The notes under the pieces are model-generated. The model ran no database searches and was not told the origin of the DNA. It saw nothing but the letters and a program-made list of their open reading frames with translations. Positions 35,488 through 47,582 of a stretch of DNA of 64,000 bases are shown piece after piece. Position numbers and translations under genes: made by a program. The stretch comes from Fonticula alba ATCC 38817 (taxonomy: Eukaryota > Protista > Nucleariida). The stretch's first letter is position 1, and each line of letters starts with the position of its first letter. Location: NCBI GenBank assembly GCA_000388065.2, contig KB932204.1. The stretch is one strand, 5' to 3'.

Positions 35488-38400
35488 GCCCCGACGACGA
35501 CGGCGGCTCCGACGCTGGCCGACCAGCCGGCCGTGGAGAGCCTGCCTGCCCGGATCGATGCCGACATGGTATTTTCGAGCCGCGGCAATCCGGCCACTTG
35601 GCGACCCCCTCGGGCCCGTGTCATTTCCGAGGTGCCCTTGCCTCCGGCTTTGTCCCGGCGCAATAGCCTGGCCAAGGGTGTGGCCAATGGCCGGCCGACC
35701 ATGCCGCAGGAACCGGAGGCCGGCAGCTGCCCCTTGCCGCCACGCATCCGGCCGGAGCCACGGCCGCCGGCCATCTCGCCGGATGGGCACATGGCGGGGC
35801 CGGCATCATCGCAACCCCTCTCGGCCTCCCTCCCGCTGGCTGGGCCGAATTTGGTGTCGCGGTTCACCGCGGCCACTCGTCGGGGGAGCTTCTCCGCCCG
35901 GCTGGAGATGCTTTCCACCTCGGAGGGGTTCACCCCGCTGGCCCTCGGGGCCCAGGGAGACGGCAGCAAGGCCGCCAGTCCGGAGAGGGGCCAGCTGCCG
36001 CCGCTGCCGCCGGCGTCCCTGCTTGCGGCCGGTCACCAGATCCTGGTTCAGCCCCCCTCGCCCCTCGTCCAGGTACCCCAGGCGGTGAGCCGGCCCCCAA
36101 CGGCCTCCCTGCCCCGGATCACCATCAACCCCAGCAACAGCCCGCCCCTGCCGCCGGCCCTGGTTCCGCCGCCGGCGGGCGTGGCCGACCCCGGTCGGAG
36201 TGGCGATTCGTCGGTGCTCAGCAGCCCGGCCGAAGCCAATAGCCTCCCCCGGCCGCGGCAGCGGCGGTCATACTCCATCTGCCACAGTTTGGACCCCTCG
36301 TCGCCGAATCGGCCCGCCGTCGACGAGAAGGGGCTCTGGTCGTTGGCGGCCGAGCGCCGCCGGCCGCTCACTTGGGACTGGTTCAAGTCCACCGAGGGGG
36401 AGATTTGGCGGGACATTCCCCTCTTTGCCCATGCTCCCAAGGGGTCGTACCTCATCTTGCCGGAGACGGCGGCCATCATGGCCGGCGGTGCGACCATCTT
36501 GCTGCAGTGCGCACATCCCTTTGTGGCCACTGCGGTGCGCAACCACTCGAAGATCGTCGACCGCCAGCCGGCGCCCGGGCCGCGCCATGGGAACTTGTCA
36601 TCCTCGGCGGCGGCCTTCGTCGCGGCCCCGGCCAGTGGCGGCATTACCAAGCGCTTTAATGGGACCCTGGCCATGATGTACCGGATCGGTGCGTGTGTGC
36701 AATGGGGCCTTGTCATTTTGGGGGGCCCTCCTTTTGTTCTTCTTCTTCTTTTTCCCCAACAAGCCCAAGGGGTCCTTCGCATTCCGGCCGGACCATTTCC
36801 CGCAACCTGTCGGGCGGCCGTCCTGCCGCTCTGAGTGGGGGGGGGGGCGCGCGGGGAATTGCCGCCACATTAAGACCTGCCCGCTTTTCGGGTGGCACTG
36901 TCCCTTGCTGACTATCGCCCTGGTCCCGGCTCTGGGGCACCCTCACCGCATCACAGCCTTCGGCACCTTTAATGAGGTTCTCTCGACCAGTCGCCGGGTT
37001 TATCGCATGCACGAGCGGGCGAAGGGCCTGATTCCGGAGCTGACGGTCGATGGGAAGCCGGCTCCGAATCTCGGGCCGCGGTACCCGCTCGGATCGACCT
37101 ACAGCGCCCGCGATCCGGGGGCCCTGCAGTGGATCGCGGCCACCGTCCAGTACATGCAGTTTATCGCCACCGAAATCGTGCGTCGAGAAGACCCGCCCGC
37201 CCGACCACACGGCCGCCAGAGTGCCCGAACACATGAGGGGACCAGGGGCCCGGGGGGGGGGGGGGGGGACACACCCGGCACGCCAGACCGAGGGATGAGC
37301 GCTTCTCCGCCGGGGCCAGATCATGACTTCGCAGGGAAGAGCCCCCGAGCCCGGTGTCCGCCCCCCCCCCCCCCCCCCCCCTTGGCTGTGTCTTATCATG
37401 CTGTGTGCTAACTTGCTTGTCGATTCCCCCCCGGAACAGATGCTCGGCCGGGAGTTCAGCGTCCACGAGAAGGACTCCGTCATCAAGCACAACCGGCAAT
37501 TCATCTATCCCTTCTTGGGCCTGGACCCGCGGAGTCCCGGGTCCACCAGCTGCTGGGAGGATCTGGAGGTGTATTTCCACTCGGTGTGTGATTCGATTTA
37601 CACCGAGATGACTACCAAGGAGGAGCCCCAGGTCGCGCGAGGCAGCCACAAAGGCAACCCCCTCCATAGGAAGGCCGCCCTGGCGGCCGGCACGGAGCCC
37701 GATGATGAGGAGTGGTTTGATGCTGTGCCTGCCATGCTGGCACCGCACTCGCTCGACGCCAAGTTCATTAGCGACATTGTGCTGGTGCCCTTCCTGCCGA
37801 TTGAGCGCTCGCTCGGTTTGAACAGCCTGGCCTCGATCACCGGTGCGTGTGATGCCCTCGGCGCCACTCTCGCGCTGCCCTCGATCCTCCATGTGGGTGG
37901 GCATATCTCATGAGCAGCACCGCCCCCTCGCCCCCTTTCCGACTCGCCCTTCCCTCCCTGGGAGCTTCTTGTGCTAACTGCCACGCTCCTTGCTTTGCCC
38001 TTCTGCGCGCCCTACATTTCGCTGCTTGGCTGCTGCTGCTGCCTGGGTTGCCCGGCATCGGTGGGGATTTTTTTCGCACCTGCTGCACGGGGAAACGGGT
38101 TCGACGCGTCGACTGATGTCTGCCGCCGGCGGGGGGGGTGGGGGAAGTACAGCCATCATGCTCCCGGACAAGATTGCCCATGCCTACAAGCTCCCGATGC
38201 GGCCGATCGACCGGCTGTATGGGCTGCTGATCTTGGGTGTCGCACGGTCCATGTATCGCCTTATGCCGGAACCCCTGCGCCAGTGCACCCCATACCGGGG
38301 GTTCCTGGCGCGGCTGCGTAGCTTGGCCGGGCGCTTCAATCGGACCTGGTCCACGCGTGCCCCGTCCAAGTACAAGTCCATGGGGCAAGGAATCAAGGTC

Positions 38401-38544
38401 ATGCGACAGCTGAAGGATGAGGAGTCCCGCGATTCGGCCAAGCCGCAGCCCGATTGGGCCAGCCGCGCGGCCAACTTCCTGGGAGTGCGCATCCTCGACA
38501 TGGCCCTTGCCCGGCTTGTGTCCACCTCGGACCAGATCAACTGA
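32014..38544 (+). CDS. ~1,896-aa protein: N-terminal TM anchor, ~1,450-aa low-complexity region, C-terminal MpaB/Lcp-type (DUF2236) oxygenase-like domain
   Basis: Exons 32014-36688, 36957-37177, 37440-37842 and 38153-38544 total 5,691 nt in phase. The C-terminal domain has ILLQCAHPFVATAVRNHS, RFNGTLAMMYRIAFGT, SRRVYRMHERAKG, YSARDPGALQWIAAT, TAIMLPDKI and MYRLMPEPLR, matching the DUF2236 pattern LLQxAHPxVAxGVxDHS...FG...VxxxH...YSAxDPxxLxWVHAT. Confidence 0.75.
33244..33303 (+). repeat. Poly-Thr (ACC/ACG) coding repeat with two Met interruptions
   Basis: Encodes TTTTMTTTTTMTTTTTTTTT in the oxygenase low-complexity region. Confidence 0.9.
35443..35484 (+). repeat. (GCGACG)7 coding repeat, Ala-Thr x7
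   Basis: Seen directly; encodes ATATATATATATAT in frame. Confidence 0.9.
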
Positions 38545-39409
38545 TGGAGGGCCAGAGGTGCACCTGTGTGAGGGGTGTGCGCGCGCCGCCACACCGACAT
38601 ACCGGAGATCGATGTCAGGCCGCGTGTTGCGCCTCGGGCGGAATGATTCCAAGCCCCTTCCCTTCAATAGCCCCCCTTTTCCTGACATCGTGCACTGTGT
38701 GTCCTTCGGGTTGGTGGGAGAAGGGGGGAAACCTCGAAACGGGGCTGCTCGCCGTCGGGGAGCCTCATATGCGGGTGCCTGGGCCAAGGCGAATCCCTCG
38801 CCCTGTGTGCCACAGGGAGTGACTCGCGTGTCTCGACACTCAGGCCGAAGGGAGGGGAGCACGCCTTTTTTTTGATGGAACCCCCCGGTACCTCATGCAG
38901 GGGCATCCGTGATCCATTCCCTGAGACTCTGCTTGTTGCAGGCCTTGGCCTCGTCCTCGCCGCCACGGTGCAACCTCCCCGGTGTAGGTGTGGGGCTTTG
39001 GCTGGGCAAAGGCGTGTGTGCGTGCTGCGGCCTCACGCCGCCTCTCCGCCTCCTGGTCTCGACCCCCCGTCCACGGTCTCCTCCATGGGGCTTCCCCTCA
39101 CACGGTCAGCCCTTGCGCCCCGGGCGCGCTCCCTATCTTCGCTTCTCGCGCGGTGAATCCACTTCGCTCCCGGCTTCGCCCCGGGCCCGGGAGAAACTCA
39201 GACAGGGGCGAACATGATCCCAGGGAGGGAGCGCCAAGCGGCCCGAGCGGACAATCCTTCCGCTGGAGGTTCAAAAATACACATCCAAAGCTACGAAAGC
39301 CTGGCGCTTTTCTGGACACGACACGGACATGCCTCCTTGCTTCCACCAGATCCGTCCGTTCCTTGCGGAGGCCATCTGGCGGGGAGGAGATCGTTCTTTC
39401 GCTGGATTT

Positions 39410-39445
<36 letters not shown>

Positions 39446-40401
39446 CGGCAAGGGAAGCCCTGTCGGCCGTGCGCCAGACAATTAAGCCATATCATCCCTG
39501 GTGCGGGTGAGGCCGGTGCAAGGTGTGCCGGGGCGGCGGGGCAGGAGAGCGCGGAGGAGCACATGTGAAGGAATCCCACCGCGAGAGGAAATGCCCCGGA
39601 CCCGCAGGGACACCCAGGGCATCCTAGACCGGATGGGTAATGCACGCGCGATCCAGAGCATGGGGAGGGAGGGGGTAAAATTGCTCGCGCAAAAATCCCC
39701 GGCCGTGCTCCAGCTGACAGCGCGTGCGGAGGTTGGCTCGATAGTACGCGAGCAGTTCCAGGAAATGTCTGTCCTCACACGTGCAATCGCACTTGGCTGA
39801 GCCAAGAGGCAGGCATGGGCTGCTTTTGGCACTCGGGAAGAGGGGGAAGCGGCAGGTGCGATGTAAACATGGCGGTTTCGCTGCCATATGGCACTGAAGG
39901 CCGGGATCGAGGCCGGCATGGTGTTGCCATGGTGGGACTATTTAATCCCGGCACACTTCATGCCCCTCTCCCCAGGGTGCACAGGCACTTTGCCCGATGT
40001 CTGGCAAATGCGCGCGCCCTCTCTCACACACGCACACACACACACGCGTATATATATATACATATATATAAACACACGCGCGCCCGCACGTGCGAAAACG
40101 AGACAGACGGCGAGAGGGGGGGCAGAGCGAAGCATCAAAACCGGGGCAGGATGCCGGGAGGATGTATTTGGCGGGCTGGCGGGCGAGGAAGCCCGTCCGG
40201 CATACACAAGGACAGGAATACATGCGGTACATGCGCGATAGATCTAAGCCCCAGGCGCGGCAGCATGCGCTCGGGGAGAAAAAAAAGCCCCTCCGAAGAG
40301 GGACAGAAGACCCAGGCGGGAAAGATAGAAGGCGCATGGGAAGGGGGGGGGGGGGTTATACCGCGGCCTGCCGCGGTACGGGAAAGCCCAGAGCACGGAA
40401 C

Positions 40402-41161
40402 TCAGCGCAGCGGGGCCCGATCGACCACCCGACACAAGATCAGCAGGTCGCTGAGGTAGGCCGCACCGAAGAGACTGCCACATCGGTGCGAGAGGTACGG
40501 CGCCCGAGCGATGGACACCGCACGAAGGCCGGCCCGGGGGAGGACGTCGCGCACAAACCACACCGCATGCCGTTCGAAGGTGTCTGGACGGCTGTAGTCA
40601 AGCTCCGTGCGCACGGGAGTATCCTCCGGCGCGGCCAGGAAAGTCAAATGCGACTGAAGCTGGCCCGGGAGACGCTGCTTGGAGCAGGAGCAGATGGTCG
40701 AGTGGTGTCGGGACGAGCCGGGCGGAGGGACCGGCACCCCGGTCAGGGGATTGCTGGGTCGCGACCATGAAGAGCCGCCCTCCACCTGGGGGCTAAAGGG
40801 CAGGACCACGGCCAGCAAGATGAGGCCGCCGACGCGGGCCGGGTCGTCGGCTGGTGGCCGGGCCAGGCCACGCAGCTGATGCATCAAGGCCAGAGGGTCG
40901 TCAACACGATCCAGGACATTGAGACACATCACCAAATCAAAGGGATCGTGCTCGGTGATGACCTCATCTTCACTCGGGGGAGAGTGGGGCACGGGGGGCG
41001 GGGAGAAAGAGAAAGGGTCAGTGTGAGCGTCATGCACACGCTTGGTGGCGACGGTGGGGCCTCAGGGACGCAGGCACGCGTGGCCCCGTGTGCCTTCATG
41101 TCCAATGGCATGGGCATCCACATATACACACATCAGTATGCGGACACGCATGCACATGGGA

Positions 41162-41192
<31 letters not shown>

Positions 41193-42450
41193 TACACGAG
41201 CATGCATGCTCGCGTATTTGCCCTCTTGGGACGGCAGGCCAAACAAGCGGCATCCCCCTCTTCGCGGCCCAGGCCTGTAAGTGTGTTCCTGCCTTCTTGG
41301 CGACAAGGAGAGTGGACAAATGCGCACCCAGATTGGTCCCTCCGAAAACCGCGTCGATGGCGGGATTCTGCTGGAGAACGCGCGTCATCCAAGTGCTAAA
41401 CTCGGTCGCCATGCAAAAGTCCAGGGCCAAGTGGCTGTGGCGCCTGGGAGATCCATCCACGGCGGTGGCTTCGGCCGTCGGGGCCGGCGGGCCGAAACGC
41501 AGCTCCCGCAAGACCGACCCATCACCAGCGCCGACATCGATGGCCCGGCGAATGGCGTCGCCCGATCGGTTGAAGGCACTCGGTAGGTGTCCGGCACGTA
41601 CGGCCGCGGCCACCATGGCTCCGAGTTGCGCACGCGACACGACGAACATTCCGCCGACTGTGCTCCGGAAGGCCAGGTCCGTGGATTGATCCAGGGAGGT
41701 GGAGGCCGAAGGAGCCGGCGAAGGCGCCAGAGCTCGAGTCAGCCAGCCGGGGCTGAAGCGAGACAGCAAACGCCGACTGACGGCCGTGGCCGTGGTCATG
41801 CCTTCCATGACCAAGGTCAGGGCGGCATTGGCATCGGTGGTCGACAGGCCGAGGGCATGGTGAAGGATCGGAAAGCCAAGACGGGCGCGCAGGCGGTCCG
41901 AAATGGACCGGACCCGCCCAGCAGTCGACTGTCGACCACGCATCAGAAAACGCCGGGTGGAGGGATCGCCACAGGCATCGAAGAGCTCCGCCTCGGCGAG
42001 AATGGCCGGGCAGGGCTCCCGGCCGGCTGCCGCCATGGCGCCAATCTCCGACCCTACCAAAAGTGACCGCACCGACGTGTGGAGCATGGTCTCCCGGAGC
42101 TCGTAAAGTGGTGGGGCTCGGTGGACACGAGCACGCGAGCCGACCGGCACTCGGCCACGCCGGGGCCGTGCGCCGAGGAACAACACCCGGGCCACGTCGA
42201 AATCCTGGCGGCCGAGGGTGCCACTAAACAGCGGCCCAAGATCCTGGGCGCAGGAGTCCTCGTGGAAGCGCCAGGCGGCCGACTGGGACAAACGATCTAG
42301 GTCCAGGGCAGATGGACCCCCGGCAGGCAAGGGTGGAGAGGGGGAAGGAAAGGAAGACACCGGCTGGTCAGCCAGCGGGCCGGCTGGCTGGTCGGCCTCG
42401 GCGCGCGGCGGCTGAGACCGGCGCTTGCGTGCCTTCTGGCTGGGCGACAT
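40402..42450 (-). CDS. METTL9: METTL9/DREV-family protein-histidine methyltransferase, ~609 aa
   Basis: The simplest model has exons 42450-41192 and 40972-40402. Motifs GGMFVVS, IDVGAGDG (SAM motif I), ATEFSTWM, FDLVMCLNVLDRVDDPL, LAVVLPFSPQVEG, WSRPSNPL and ARAPYLS match METTL9 GSMFVFS/LDLGAGDG/ATELSETM/CLNLLDRCDQP/LALVLPFHPYVE/RLPYLC. The start codon and intron structure are less certain than the family call. Confidence 0.88.
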
Positions 42451-43406
42451 TTCCGCAGGGAGAGGAGGACAACAACTGGCCGGGCGGGGGGGGGAGAGAG
42501 AGAGAGAGAGAGAGAGGAACGGAGAGCCAGGCAGCGATGGATGAAAAGCCCGAAGAGGAGGAGGGGGAAGGAGGCAATTGGACTCGGGTGGGGGGACCAG
42601 CAACCCGGACCGGCAAGGGGCCTTCAAATGCCCTGGATCAAGGGAAGACAGGAGCGCTGGGGGATAGGGCAGTTGCGCCTGTTGGCAGAGGATGCTCCCC
42701 CCAGCGCCTGCCTGTGAGCCTGGCAACTCTGCATGGGAGATGGCTCCGTTCGCGGGGGGGGGGGGGGTTCCCTCGCGGGAGGGAGCCGGTGATTGCGGGT
42801 GCCGGGAAATGTCGACAGCCGACGGAGCTGCATGAATATGTGCCCCAATTTTCGGCATTAGCATCGTGGCACATATACCCTTCGTAAGCATGTGATCCCC
42901 GACCGCGCTCCGCCACAGGCCCAGGCCCCGCAACGAAGCCAACTGTGGCCAGGCCGCCCCGGGAGCCGCGGCTGGTGGGACGGGTGAGGGGGGGGGGGGG
43001 GGCAGTGGGGCAACAGGCCAGCCGGAAAAGGGCGGGGCTGGAGACCCTCGGAGGGGCCCAAGGTAACCGGCCAATCGGGAAGGCCGTTGACCGCATCTTA
43101 TATGCCTCACTTGTGTTCATATCTCGAGCGTGCCGCGGAGAGATAGCCTCTCAGGGCGATACATGCGGTGGTCTTTTGTGATGCACCCCCCCCCCCCCCC
43201 CCCGGAACGGGGAGCAGGTGTGAGAAGGTGCTGGCAGTTCCTGCTTGCAGTTCTTTTTTTTTTGACCCGAGTCTCGACCAGTTCGACAACCGCGCCAGCA
43301 AGCATATCTCTCTCCCCGTACCGGGGCCTGCCGCCTTCATGACTGTCTTCCTGGAGGTCTTGAGGCCGTAACTCCTGCTTGCATCTCGAACATACCCAGA
43401 GAGGGG

Positions 43407-43445
<39 letters not shown>

Positions 43446-44232
43446 CGAGAGGACAGAGAAAGCCCGAGGATATTCACAGAGAAACAAGGCCAAATCCAAT
43501 GTGCAGTGTCGCCGACAAACATCCAGGGATGGGCTGATCGTCCTTTTTCACATGGTGACGGTATGGGGCTCTGAGTGCGGTCTTTCTGAGCCTTCCTTCC
43601 CCCCCCTCCTCCCGCCTTGGCCGGCAGGACCGTGGATCGTGGGCCGCGCACAGAGCAGCAGGGGGGCCAGCGGATCCGGATTGACTCAGAGGTGTACAGT
43701 GCTCTCGGGCCCTGGTGTCCCCCCCCCGCCCCCCCCACGGGCGAAAGCCCGACTCAGAGACCGCCCGAAGTATGCAGGTGCATGCGTGTGCACGCACGCG
43801 CGCGCGTGGAGGGGGGGGGGGAGGCACCCGTTGCCGCGGCTCCTGAATTCTTTCTCCCCAGCCACCTGGGATCTGCCCCCTCCCCTCGGAAAGGTACGGG
43901 GCGGGGATCCCGATGATCGGCGGCCCCGGGCTCTCGCCCCCCGCCCCCCCCCCCGGGGGGGGGGGGGGGGGGAGGTCCTCCCTTGGGGGGGATCTCGAGC
44001 TCCCCTCCTGGGTTGGGAACAGAGGAAGCCGGAGGGGCGAGGGGGAATGGAGGCTGGGGGAGGGTGTTGTCATTTTTTCCGCGACCTCCTCCCTCGCAGC
44101 CTCCACCCGACTCACTCTTCATCCCTCTCCCCCTCTTTCCGACCACACCTACTCCTTTGTTTTCAGTCTCTCCACGACTGGACACCCTGCATATTCCCTC
44201 ACTTTTTCCGCCTCCTTCGCCTCTCGTTTGCC

Positions 44233-44271
<39 letters not shown>

Positions 44272-44330
44272 CCTCCCTGCTCTTCCTTAAGCGGCCGTCT
44301 CCCTCGAGAAACACCCGCATCCCACGCAGC

Positions 44331-46108
44331 ATGAGCTCATCTCCATTCTTCGGCAAGGGGAAGTTCTATGGCTTCCCCGAGTCGGCCATCCCTGCCACTC
44401 CGACCCCCTCGGCCATGTTGGTTACCAACATTGCCTCCGAGGTCAAGGAGAAGGATCGTGCGTTCGCTTTGCCCGTGTTCCTTTTCTGCCCCCCCCCCTC
44501 CCTCCGCTCCCATCTCGTCGTCGATGCTGACACTCTCGCTGCCCGCCACCGCACACGACACACCCACACCCACACCCACAAACACACACAGTTGACGACT
44601 TCTTTGCATTCTGCGGGGAGATCTCCGCGATCCATGTCATTTCCTGGCCACCCCAGTCGTCGGAGGAATCGAACCAGGACTTGCCTGCTGTGGCTGGCGC
44701 TGGCCTCAACTCCCGCACCAAGCGCGCCATCATCCTCTTCAAGCGTCCTCAGGCCGCCAAGACGGCCATCCTCTTGCACCAGGCCCTGATCAACGGCCGC
44801 CCGGTGGAGATCACGCATCTGTTCACCAGCGAGCAGCTAGCTGCCTCGCTGGTAATCGACGGCTCGGACAGCGTGGCTGCCAGCGATACGGATGGCTTCA
44901 TTGAAATTGACGATTCCGGCTCGGTCATGACCACCCGGGCCTCGCGCATCGCCAAGGAGTACGGATCGGCCGGCGAGGAGGATCTCCTCCTTGGCCCGGA
45001 GGACAGCATTGAGGATGGCCCTCTGCGCCAGGAGCACAAGGTACGGGCCTGTGTGCTTCTTTTTTTCCCTCCTTCGAGGATCTTTTGCTCCAGCCATGGA
45101 CGTCCCTTCCCTCAGCCTTCCCTCGGCCGGCCTTCCTTCTCCTGACATATCCTCCCCCTCCCCCTTTGTCAACCGCTCACTTTGCTTTCTCTTTCTTCCT
45201 CTTTCGCGCACGACACCCTCCCCTCCCCCCCTCCCTTTTCTGCCCGCCAGCCTAAACTCAGCATCATGGCCGAGCTCATGGACCGGGGTTACAAGTTGAC
45301 CGAGAAGATCCTTCAAGATGCCAAGGCCTTCGACGCGAAGCACGGCATCTCGGCCAAGTTCGCGTACCACCTGGAGCAGGCGCGTGCTCTGGATCGCGAA
45401 TATGAGGTTGGCGCGCGGGCCGACGCGGCGGTTGAGGCTGCCCGCGTGAGTGCGGCCACCGCTCTGGCCGCGGCCCAGGACGCCGTTATGGCGGCCGCTG
45501 GGGCTGCCCGGCAGCTTGATGCCACTTACGGCCTGCAGCAGCGGGCCCAAGCCGCGACGGATGCCATCAAGGAGAGTGATGCCGCTCGGGCCGTGGCCGA
45601 TGCCTTCCGTGCGGCGCAGGCCAGTGAGCCTGCCCGTCGGGCGGCCGCTGCCCTGGAGGCCCTGCAGGAAAGTGAGCCTGCCCGGCGGTTGTCGGCTTCG
45701 GCCACGGCTGCGCGAAACTCCGAGGCCGGCAAGGCCTTCGAAGCGGCAGTTCTCGCGGCGGCTGCCGCTTTCAATGCTGTTGGTGCCGCGGCCTACGAGG
45801 CGGCCACCGGGCAAAAGCTTCACCCCTCATCGGCTGCTGCGGCGGTGGCTGCCGCCCATGATCTTGACTCGCAGCACCCCGAGGCCCTGGACCTGCTGCT
45901 CAATGCCGACGATCTGGCCGCTGCCCGGCGCTGGATGAACGAGACGGACCCGGATTCACCGCTGGTCGACGCGGTCGAGGGTCCTGCGGTCGGAGCAGCC
46001 GCCGCTTCCCCGGCGGCGGTCGGTGCCGTGCGTGATGTTTCCTCCTCGCCGGAGTTGCTGGTCGACGCGCCGGCGCCCGGGGGGAAGGAGCAGGAGTTCC
46101 AGGCCTAA
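44331..46108 (+). CDS. Vip1/BPA1-like RRM-domain protein, 477 aa
   Basis: Exons 44331-44457, 44592-45040 and 45251-46108. RRM: LVTNIASEVKEKDLDDFFAFCGEI...AIILFKRPQAAKTAILLHQALINGRPVEI. It is followed by RQEHKPKLSIMAELMDRGYKL...AKAFDAKHGISAKF, typical of fungal Vip1 and plant BPA1. Confidence 0.75.
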
Positions 46109-47582
46109 TGTCTGACACGCGCTCCCATGCACAAGGACCGAGGGGAGGGGAGGGGGGGGGGGGGGGGCAGGGGGAAGAGAGGGAGAGGATGGTCTCCACC
46201 CTCCCAAGTCTTCTCCTATGTGGTGGTCCCCATACTGAGGGAACTGTCTTCCCCTCGCCCCCTCGCTCCCCCCTCCTCCCCCCCCCCCCGACCACCTCTC
46301 TCTCCCCTCCTTGTTTGAAAGAAAAAAGAATTTAACCGCACCCTGCATTCTCTTTCCCCATGAGTGAGAGGTTCTTTCCGCTCCTTTTTTTGGATATGTG
46401 CCCTGCGTACAGCAGCCCTGCTTTTCTAGCAGCGAGAGGGGGAGGTGCTCCAGGGAGTGGGTGGGAAGTGGGTGGGAAGTGGGTGGGGAGAGGAGGGGGA
46501 GGGACAGGGAGAGAAAGAGAGCGACATGTGCCTCCTCCTTCATTCATCAAATGCTCGCAAAAGCAAACCACATCTCCCCCCACTTTTGGGTGAAAGAGGC
46601 AGGAAGAGAAGGAAACACACAAGAAAGGGAGGAGGTCCAGACCAAGGGGGAGGGGCTATTAAATTTCTACCATCTATTAATCTTTGGCGGTTGGTTTGGG
46701 GTTTGGGGGAGGAGGAGGGGAAAGGATGGAGGGTGTACTAGGCGTGAATAGAGCATGCACACGTGGGAAAGCATGCATGTGTGCGCCCGTAGGGACGCGC
46801 GCATGCTTTCACGCCCCCCATCACATGTGGCCACAGTGGTGCAAAATCTTCGGACGTGGATCAAACAGGGAGCAGAGCGGGAGAAAGCAGGCGAAGGGGG
46901 AGGAGGAGGGAGGTCTGAAGGGGAGGGGGAGGGAGAGGGAGGGAGATGCCTCCGGCCGGCCACCAGGGCAAGAGGGGAGAGAGAGAGAGAGAGAGAGACA
47001 GGAGGAGGGGAAAGGGAGGAGAGGAGGGGGGGAACTCATCAACAAAACTGGCGTGGATCCTGGACGCCCTGGCGCCGATGTTTCTCCCCCTGGCCAGAGG
47101 GAGAGAGAGGGAGAAACACAGGAGCATAAGGGGGGAGCACACAGGAATCCGGGGGTCGAGAGAAACCGGCGCCCAAATCACAAACAGGACACAGCCCGCA
47201 CGCTGAGAAAGAGGGGGAAGGGAGGGGGGGGGGGACAGGGGGGAGGAGGGAGAAGTGAGGGGAGAAATGTATGGCAGCCTCTCTGCACCACTCTCTCGCC
47301 ACTTTCCCATTTTCCTCCCTCTTCCTCCTGCCCGCCGGGCCTCATCGGCCCCACGCCCCCAGCTGTGGGGAGAGCAGGGAGGGACGGGTGGGGGGTAGGG
47401 GGGGGGGGGGGGGGGGCGCGCGTACAGTAAAGTGCGGTCAAAATCAAAATGCTGAAAACAGCGAGCGGAGAATACACAGGGAGGAGCCACTCTGGCGGGG
47501 CTCCTCTCCTGTCCATCGGACCTCCACCTCACTATTACAAGTGGAAGGGGCGAGCCGGCTTCGGGAGGCGAGCAGGGGGCTC

